A DNA stretch of 32,000 nt. Source: Candidatus Altimarinota bacterium. GTDB lineage: Bacteria; Patescibacteriota; Gracilibacteria; UBA1369. Location of the stretch: contig JBAZYK010000004.1 in assembly GCA_041659405.1 (NCBI GenBank), forward strand, positions 96,852-128,851, given 5' to 3'. The notes below the pieces were generated by a model. The model did no database searches and was not told where the DNA came from. It saw nothing but the letters and a program-made list of their open reading frames with translations. Position 1 is the stretch's first letter, and the number at the start of each line of letters is the position of its first letter. Below, piece after piece: positions 26,176-32,000 of the stretch. A program made the translations under genes and the position numbers.

Positions 26176-27354
26176 TTATCCTTTAAATTTTCCAAAAAAT
26201 CCATCTTTTAATCCTTTAATGTTAACTCCACCCTCTTGTGCCAGTTGTAAATAAAGTTCTCTTTCTTTTCGTGTGAGTTTTGCCGGAATATCCACAGTTA
26301 CCTTTACAAACTGGTCACCTTTTTCATCGGATTTTAATTTTTTGATCCCGTATCCTTTCATTTTGAAAATTTTCCCACTTTGTGTTCCTGCCGGAATCTT
26401 TAACTCGAATTTTCCCTCTAGGCCCGCTACTCCAACCTCATCGCCCAAAACCGACTGCAATAAATGGATATGAATTTCACAATGAATATCGTAGCCATCA
26501 CGAACAAAAACTTTACTTGGTGCCACAAGCAAATGAACGTATAAATCGCCCGCAGGTCCCCCAAAAGTCCCCGCTTCACCTTTCCCCGTAACTCTAATGG
26601 TTGAATCATTATCCACGCCCGCAGGAATTTTCACGCGCATTTTTTCGCTTTTACGAACGCGCGTCGTGCCATGGCAAACCGTACATTTTTTTTCTTGAGT
26701 GCTGCCCTCTCCATAACATTCGGAACAAACTTGAGTGGTCGCCATTTGCCCAAATAAAGTTTGGCGTACGCTTCTTACTTCTCCGCTACCTCTGCAGGTT
26801 GGGCAAATAATTGTCTTGCTGCCAGGCTCCGCGCCTGTTCCACGGCAATGATCGCAGCTGAAAGTTTTTGTGATTAGTAATTCTTTTTCCGTGCCAAAAG
26901 CCGCCTCTTCAAAGGTTATCTGCAATTGAAATTCAATATCTTCACCCTGTCTTGGTCCACGTTTTTTTCCGCGTGATCCACCGTGCCCGCCGCCCTGTGA
27001 TCCAAAAAAAGTTTCAAAAATATCCGCAAAACCACCACCTTCGGAAAATTGCGAAAAATCAAATCCGGATCCATTAAAACCTTGTCCAAAGCCCGCACCG
27101 CCGCCTTGTGCGCCGCCATATCCGCCACCACCAAATGCATCTGCCGATCCAAACTGATCATAATTGGAACGTTTTTGCTTATCGGAAAGCACTTCATAGG
27201 CTTCATTGATCTCCTTGAATTTGCTCTCGGCTTCTTTATTGTCTTTGTTTCGATCAGGATGATACTGCAAAGCCATCTTTCTATAGGATTTTTTAATTTC
27301 CTGATCAGTAGCGCCTTTTTGGATACCTAATATATTGTAATAGTCTTTGGCCAT
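26176..27354 (-). CDS. dnaJ: Chaperone protein DnaJ
   Basis: J domain ([38 protein letters not shown]), G/F-rich region, four zinc-binding repeats ([32 protein letters not shown]). The ORF-track start at 27399 runs into the tRNA; ATG at 27354 is the natural start. Confidence 0.96.
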   Translation of the reverse strand: MAKDYYNILGIQKGATDQEIKKSYRKMALQYHPDRNKDNKEAESKFKEINEAYEVLSDKQKRSNYDQFGSADAFGGGGYGGAQGGGAGFGQGFNGSGFDFSQFSEGGGFADIFETFFGSQGGGHGGSRGKKRGPRQGEDIEFQLQITFEEAAFGTEKELLITKTFSCDHCRGTGAEPGSKTIICPTCRGSGEVRSVRQTLFGQMATTQVCSECYGEGSTQEKKCTVCHGTTRVRKSEKMRVKIPAGVDNDSTIRVTGKGEAGTFGGPAGDLYVHLLVAPSKVFVRDGYDIHCEIHIHLLQSVLGDEVGVAGLEGKFELKIPAGTQSGKIFKMKGYGIKKLKSDEKGDQFVKVTVDIPAKLTRKERELYLQLAQEGGVNIKGLKDGFFGKFKG

Positions 27355-27363
27355 AATTTTTTT

Positions 27364-27438
27364 TGGTAGTCCTAACGGGAGTCGAACCCGTGTTTCCACC
27401 GTGAGAGGGTAGCGTCCTAACCACTAGACGATAGGACC
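27364..27438 (-). tRNA. tRNA-Glu(CUC), CCA encoded
   Basis: Minus strand GGTCCTA-TC-GTCT-AGTGGTTAGG-AC...CTACC-CTCTCAC-GGTGG...ACGGG-TTCGACT-CCCGT-TAGGACT-A-CCA; anticodon CTC. Confidence 0.95.
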
Positions 27439-27540
27439 AAATGCCGCCTAAAAATTGCAGCCCTAAGACTGTAGCCTAGAATAACAGGAATTTCAATGAG
27501 TCGTGGTATTAAAATAAAACAAAAGGGGGCTCTCTCATTT

Positions 27541-27675
27541 TCAGCGGTTCTTTTTCACCCATTTTACCGAATCAAAACCTTCTATGGTTATGCGGATGGC
27601 TTTGATTTTTTTTACAAGCTCTGCCCCGGTTGTTTTTGGCTTTTTGCTAATTTTGATGGTGGGGAGTTTAAGCAT
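27541..27675 (-). CDS. Small Lys-rich ORF overlapping the 3' end of the PIN gene
   Basis: Internal ATG at 27675 (MLKLPTIKISKKPKTTGAELVKKIKAIRITIEGFDSVKWVKKNR, 44 aa) overlaps the PIN stop codon, consistent with translational coupling. Confidence 0.4.
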   Translation of the reverse strand: MLKLPTIKISKKPKTTGAELVKKIKAIRITIEGFDSVKWVKKNR

Positions 27676-28081
27676 AAGATTGAGATTTAATAATCTTATT
27701 GTATTCTGTCTCCATTTTAATATCAAATGTATAAAGTTCGTCAACCTTAAAAAGCAAAGCTGAGGTAATGATCAATAAATCAAGTGCTCTTAATTTAGCA
27801 TGTCTTGCGCATTCCAATACGTGTTCATGCCAAAATTTATAATCATAATCCAAGAGCATAATATTGTCCGTATTATTGAAGATCATTTTCACTTCCTTTT
27901 CAAATGAGGGTTGATTTAGTTTAATGATATTATTCATCACTTCCGCGTAAATTATCATCGGGACCAAAATAATTACATTCCTCTTCATTAGTTTTTTAAA
28001 AATTTGATCAGCCTGTTCTTTGTGCATATCTCTAACGAATAACGATATCCATACCGAGCTGTCCAGCATCACTTTTTTCAT
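27668..28081 (-). CDS. PIN-domain ribonuclease (VapC-like toxin)
   Basis: MLDSSVWISLFVRDMHKEQADQIF, conserved acidic/structural positions IYAEVMNNI and LRALDLLIITSALLFKVDELYTFD. Confidence 0.82.
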   Translation of the reverse strand: MKKVMLDSSVWISLFVRDMHKEQADQIFKKLMKRNVIILVPMIIYAEVMNNIIKLNQPSFEKEVKMIFNNTDNIMLLDYDYKFWHEHVLECARHAKLRALDLLIITSALLFKVDELYTFDIKMETEYNKIIKSQSYA

Positions 28082-28119
28082 GGGGGATTGGTTACTATCA
28101 CCACCAGCTTACCCCCTCT

Positions 28120-28162
28120 ACATTAAAATTTTCTAAACGGATTATGAAATCTGTCTAAAATC
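28120..28162 (+). repeat. 43-nt direct repeat, left copy flanking the AbiE-like pair
   Basis: ACATTAAAATTTTCTAAACGGATTATGAAATCTGTCTAAAATC; 41/43 identical to 29977-30019. Confidence 0.93.
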
Positions 28163-28173
28163 ATTGCGCCCAC

Positions 28174-28189
28174 CTGTGCGCGCGCACAG
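28174..28189. repeat. 16-nt perfect palindrome
   Basis: CTGTGCGCGCGCACAG. Confidence 0.8.
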
Positions 28190-28259
28190 AGTTCCATTAT
28201 CGTGCGCCATTGCGCTGTTATCGCGCCATTTAGTTCGCATAACAAAAAACTTCGGCACC

Positions 28260-28271
28260 GTAGACGTCTAC
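28260..28271. repeat. 12-nt perfect palindrome
   Basis: GTAGACGTCTAC. Confidence 0.75.
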
Positions 28272-28345
28272 AGCGGCTTTCTACCGCGGTGGTGGGCTTT
28301 CCACCTGTAATTATGCGCACTTTTTCTGAAACTTTGCCGTGCCGC

Positions 28346-29098
28346 TTAATCAATACGCATAAATGGAAGTGACCTTACCATGTCTTCAATTTTCTTGGGC
28401 TCCACCTTGCGTGAATAAAATATCCTGTCAATTTCCATTTCTTTTTGTTCCTCCAGGAATTTCCAATTATTAATAATATTGGCAAGAGTAATGGGTTTTC
28501 TTATTTCCTTCCGCTTAATGAATTTTATAATTTCAGCAAAATCCGGCTGGTATTTTTCAAAAAGCAAATATAAATCATAATAATCACGGTATCGTGCCCG
28601 TTCACTCATGGCTCTGATTTTTTCTGCGCATATTTCCCGCTCATCCATGACTTTTATGTTCAGATCGATTCCCCAAACATTATTGTATTTCATGATTTTA
28701 GGCGGCAAAAGTACATTTTGCAGAAAATCAATTTCAACTTTTAAAGAATTTGGCTGAATTAATGGGCCAATGTACTGCAGTTTTTCAATTTTTACCGTTG
28801 CGCCTGAAAGATAATCTTTTTTTATTTTTAAATATTTTGTATTAGTAAAAATATTACGAATATCTTCCAGCCTGATTGTTTTTTGATTAGCTGAAAAATC
28901 CAAATCTTCAGAAAATCTGTGTTGTTCAAGATAGCAGTGATTGAGCGCGGTACCACCTTTGAAAATTAATTTTTGGCCAATGGAAGACTCGGAAATAATT
29001 TGCAAAACAAGAGCAAGAAAATAATCTTTTTCGGCTATATGCAAAGGATATTGCAATGTTTTTCTGTTGATAACTTCCAGCTGCTGCCTTGTAATCAT
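28346..29098 (-). CDS. AbiEii-like nucleotidyltransferase toxin
   Basis: LIFKGGTALNHCYLEQHRFSEDLDFS (GGTAL and S/DLDF nucleotidyltransferase motifs), CAEKIRAMSERARYRDYYDLYLL typical of the AbiEii/AbiGii family. Confidence 0.88.
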   Translation of the reverse strand: MITRQQLEVINRKTLQYPLHIAEKDYFLALVLQIISESSIGQKLIFKGGTALNHCYLEQHRFSEDLDFSANQKTIRLEDIRNIFTNTKYLKIKKDYLSGATVKIEKLQYIGPLIQPNSLKVEIDFLQNVLLPPKIMKYNNVWGIDLNIKVMDEREICAEKIRAMSERARYRDYYDLYLLFEKYQPDFAEIIKFIKRKEIRKPITLANIINNWKFLEEQKEMEIDRIFYSRKVEPKKIEDMVRSLPFMRID

Positions 29099-29910
29099 GT
29101 AAGATATTTATCAAAGTATTTGTCGTAGTATAGGCGCCATTTTGAACTGAATCTATCGCTATCCTTAAACATCCAATGTGTGCTTTTTTTAGCACTGATT
29201 CTTTTATGAAGACCTGACGAATCAATGCCGATTAAATCCAAAATGAAACCAAAAATTTTCATTGTTGCGATGGAAGAATTGTCCAAATATTTATTCAGTC
29301 TGGCAAAATTTAAGCTTTTATTATGTTCACGAATTTTTTCAATTACCAAATCAATGGAATATTTATTTCTATGAAAATTCACAATATCTATCAGTGCTTT
29401 TTCTGCTGTAGCAATGCGCGTTTTACCTCCATCAATATCAAACTCCTGCCAGCCAAAATAATTTTTTTTTTGAGTCTTGATGAATTGATATTCCATATTG
29501 TTAAGTTTTACTGTTTTATATGCTTTCATTGATACTGATGTGGTCTTATCTGTAAGCTGATCAAACATTCCGTGATGTTGCATAGCCGACCAAAAGGAAA
29601 CATATGATTCAGGGACAAGAAGATTTGCTACCAGGTATGGAGATATAGATAGAAACCCTCTATTTCCAAAATCGGAAATGACATATAATCCTTTTTTAAT
29701 GCGCACAAGCCAGCCATTTTTCCTTAGTTTTACAATAGTATTTTTAGTTTGACCGTGATCCCAGAGACCGGTAGCCTTGTCAAAAATCTGCTCCGAACTT
29801 ACAACTTGCCCATAATTAACAATTAAATTTTCAAGTAACAGGCTTTCTTTGCTATTTAAAATGGTTTTATTCATATACACATAGTCATTAATATTTATGA
29901 CTTTATGCAT
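29095..29910 (-). CDS. AbiEi-like antitoxin/transcriptional regulator
   Basis: N-terminal winged HTH (VVSSEQIFDKATGLWDHGQTKNTIVKLRKNGWLVRIKKGLYVI), SYVSFWSAMQHHGM, TRIATAEKALIDIV. Overlaps the AbiEii start by 4 nt. Start could be an internal Met at ~29874. Confidence 0.82.
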   Translation of the reverse strand: MHKVININDYVYMNKTILNSKESLLLENLIVNYGQVVSSEQIFDKATGLWDHGQTKNTIVKLRKNGWLVRIKKGLYVISDFGNRGFLSISPYLVANLLVPESYVSFWSAMQHHGMFDQLTDKTTSVSMKAYKTVKLNNMEYQFIKTQKKNYFGWQEFDIDGGKTRIATAEKALIDIVNFHRNKYSIDLVIEKIREHNKSLNFARLNKYLDNSSIATMKIFGFILDLIGIDSSGLHKRISAKKSTHWMFKDSDRFSSKWRLYYDKYFDKYLT

Positions 29911-29976
29911 ATATTCTATACCATACCCGCTAAATGATCAATGTTTTGAATACGATGCGAACACAATAACAAACGC

Positions 29977-30019
29977 ACATTAAAATTTTCTAACCGGATT
30001 ATGAAATCGGTCTAAAATC
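29977..30019 (+). repeat. 43-nt direct repeat, right copy flanking the AbiE-like pair
   Basis: ACATTAAAATTTTCTAACCGGATTATGAAATCGGTCTAAAATC; 41/43 identical to 28120-28162. Confidence 0.93.
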
Positions 30020-30565
30020 GCAATTTTATGATGATCTGGAATTCCTCAGCCCCGCCACTGGCACTTCCACCACCTCCCCATCCGATTACCCAAAATCCCA
30101 TAAAATTCACACTCCCGCATCCTCATTTCCCCGCTCGACTACCCAAAATCGCCAAAAATATCAGACCACACCACATTTCGCCGCCCCCGTCACCCGCATT
30201 TCTGAAACGTTTTACCCCCTTTGGAGTTTGTTAAATTGACTTCGAAAACGTGATTTGTTAAACTTTCGCGTGAGCATAAATCGAGCCAATGCACCAAAGT
30301 CGCACGGCTCGTTTAAAATAACGCTCACGGATACCCAAACGGATACACGGAAAATAAACCGGATAGTCGAGTTTCAAAAAAACATCAAGAGTAAGAGCAA
30401 AAACGGCCTCATCCAAATCCCCGGCGAACACAAACCCGAATACCCAAGGATGAGCCACAGACCTTTCTTTATACTATCGGATATACCAAGCAATTTTTGG
30501 TCTTTGAAAATCAGGCACACGAGGTTTTTCTTTCTCTCTTAGGTTATAAAACTCATCTCATTCAT

Positions 30566-30587
30566 GAGCTTTTTTTGATAAAAGCTC
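30566..30587 (+). terminator. Hairpin in S-layer gene upstream region (possible terminator/attenuator)
   Basis: GAGCTTTT-TTTGAT-AAAAGCTC followed by pyrimidine-rich TTCTTTCTTCTTT. Confidence 0.4.
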
Positions 30588-30714
30588 TTCTTTCTTCTTT
30601 AAATTTATACTTAAATTTAATCGCGCTTTTACTCAAGCTATAAAAGCGAACTTCTCAATTTAACTTTGATCTAATTCTCTGTTTATTTATTTATTTCTTT
30701 ACCTTATAAGCAAA

Positions 30715-32000
30715 ATGGATATTGCTACTGGTTTAAAAAAGGTCCGCCAGGGTGTAGCTAGTATCAGTCTTGCAACTATGTTAGTGAGCATGCTCCTAAC
30801 AGGCGTTGCACAGGCTGCTGTGGCTAACTACAATGATGTACCAGCAGGTGCTTGGTACTACACCCCTGTCATGACTATCGCTAATGCAGCTATCGTTGAT
30901 GGCCCATCTGCGTTAAACAATTACAATTACAACCCAACAGGCGTTGTAAATCGTGCAATGATGACTAAGTTTGCCGTTTTGGCAGCTAAGTTCACTCTCG
31001 TAAATCCTGCAACTCCATCCTTCAAGGATGAAGATAAGGCTGCTTGGTACTATCCTTATGTTGAAACTGCTGCTGCTCACGGTGTTGTGAGTGGTTACAA
31101 AGATATTAGCGGTACTCTTACAGGCAATTTTGGCCCTGGCGACTCTGTAACAAGAGAACAGGCTGCTAAAATCCTCGTAAACGCTTTCTCTTTAGCTGCT
31201 TTCACACCGGTTAACGCATCATTCCCTGATGTTAACCCTACTATGTGGTCATATTCCTTCATAGAAACTGCTCGTCACTGGTCAGTTCTTAAAGGAAACC
31301 CAGATGGTACTTTCAAACCATTCAACAACATCAACCGTGCTGAATTGGCACAAATGGTTGTTGGTGCTATGAATCCGGTTGCTTTGGTTGATCAACCACC
31401 GGCAGTTGCTGGCGCGTTGACTGTAGCTCTTGCTTCAGACACTGCAAAAGGAACAACTCTTCCAAGCAACGCAACTTCTGTTTCGTTGATGAAGGTCAAC
31501 TTTGTTGCTGCGACAAGCGATGTTAAAATCAATGGCCTTACAATCCACAAATCCGGCGTAAGTGCATTGCCAAGTGCTTTCCAGGGTTATCTTTACAATG
31601 GAAACGACCGTTTAACATCCGGAAAGAGTTTCAGTGGTACAACTGATGACATGGTGTTCACCAATTTAAATCTTTCGATTTCAAAAGGAAACACTTTGGC
31701 TCTCACTTTCAAAGGTGATATGGGCGATGTTACTACAACCGGTAATGTACAATTCCAGGTTAAAGCGGTTGATTCCACTGCTGCGTCAGTAGGTGGTCTT
31801 CCTGTTACAAGTTCGGAATTCGCATTATCTACTACAGATGTTGGTTCTGTTACCATTACAAAGAATGGAACGGTTACAAATCCAAAAGTTGGTGAAGATG
31901 GCGTAACAATCGCTAAATTCAAGATTGCTGCCGCTACAGAAGCTGCAAACATTCAACAATTGGGTTTGTATCTTGCCGGAACTATCACTACAACCGATAT
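30715..32000 (+). CDS. S-layer protein with three SLH domains (partial, runs off right edge)
   Basis: Not in the ORF track. Starts MDIATGLKKVRQGVASISLATMLVSMLLTGVAQAAVANYNDVPAGAWYYTPVMTIANAAIVDG (signal peptide + SLH1), then FKDEDKAAWYYPYVETAAAHGVVSGYKD...VTREQAAKILVNAF (SLH2), FPDVNPTMWSYSFIETARHWSVLKGNPDGTFKPFNNINRAELAQMVVGAM (SLH3). Confidence 0.93.
   Translation, partial: MDIATGLKKVRQGVASISLATMLVSMLLTGVAQAAVANYNDVPAGAWYYTPVMTIANAAIVDGPSALNNYNYNPTGVVNRAMMTKFAVLAAKFTLVNPATPSFKDEDKAAWYYPYVETAAAHGVVSGYKDISGTLTGNFGPGDSVTREQAAKILVNAFSLAAFTPVNASFPDVNPTMWSYSFIETARHWSVLKGNPDGTFKPFNNINRAELAQMVVGAMNPVALVDQPPAVAGALTVALASDTAKGTTLPSNATSVSLMKVNFVAATSDVKINGLTIHKSGVSALPSAFQGYLYNGNDRLTSGKSFSGTTDDMVFTNLNLSISKGNTLALTFKGDMGDVTTTGNVQFQVKAVDSTAASVGGLPVTSSEFALSTTDVGSVTITKNGTVTNPKVGEDGVTIAKFKIAAATEAANIQQLGLYLAGTITTTD

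Noticed and set aside
26273-27330. + strand and alternate-frame ORFs inside dnaJ
   Set aside because: Shadow ORFs of dnaJ.
28123-28353. 76-aa - strand ORF between the PIN and AbiEii genes
   Set aside because: It spans the 43-nt repeat and the palindromes, with no motif; probably not translated.
30028-30542. ORFs 30028-30234, 30255-30542 and 30258-30458 before the S-layer gene
   Set aside because: Proline/low-complexity or overlapping opposite frames, with no motifs. The region is better treated as non-coding.
1-32000. CRISPR array
   Set aside because: No series of regularly spaced identical direct repeats was seen. The only long repeats are the two-copy elements reported above.
1-32000. 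Transposase/integrase genes or prophage
   Set aside because: No DDE, tyrosine or serine recombinase motifs were seen in any listed ORF, so mobility of the cluster or the AbiE unit is inferred only from repeats.

Overview
This 32 kb window is from a compact bacterial genome. Gene content and style suggest a CPR/Peregrinibacteria-like lineage, but that is inference only. Ordinary parts: a GT4 glycosyltransferase, NAD kinase, pyruvate phosphate dikinase (ppdK), a dolichol/phytol-kinase-like membrane CTP-transferase, dnaJ, tRNA-Lys(UUU), tRNA-Glu(CUC), and an SLH-domain S-layer protein running off the right edge. A surface/envelope module has an alpha-2-macroglobulin (bacterial A2M, thioester motif CAEQ intact), an ECF sigma factor, a PBP1C-like penicillin-binding protein and a small HTH protein. 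A defence/TA region carries a PIN-domain protein and an AbiEi/AbiEii-like pair bracketed by 43-nt direct repeats. The best candidate for something undescribed is a compact convergent 7-gene cluster at 18,815-24,647. Its members are an archaeal-type AspRS-like enzyme, a nucleoside phosphorylase, a SAM methyltransferase, a small coiled-coil ORF, a HIT hydrolase, a CysK/SbnA-like PLP enzyme and a QueC-like PP-loop ATPase. The two head genes are unrelated but start with the same promoter, leader and ~17 codons (129 vs 136 nt inverted repeat, 121/129 aligned bases identical by eye). A second 23-nt inverted block lies further out on each side. A candidate free-standing structured RNA (promoter, three-way junction, T-run) sits just upstream. 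All identities and pairings were counted by eye; no database search or folding program was run.
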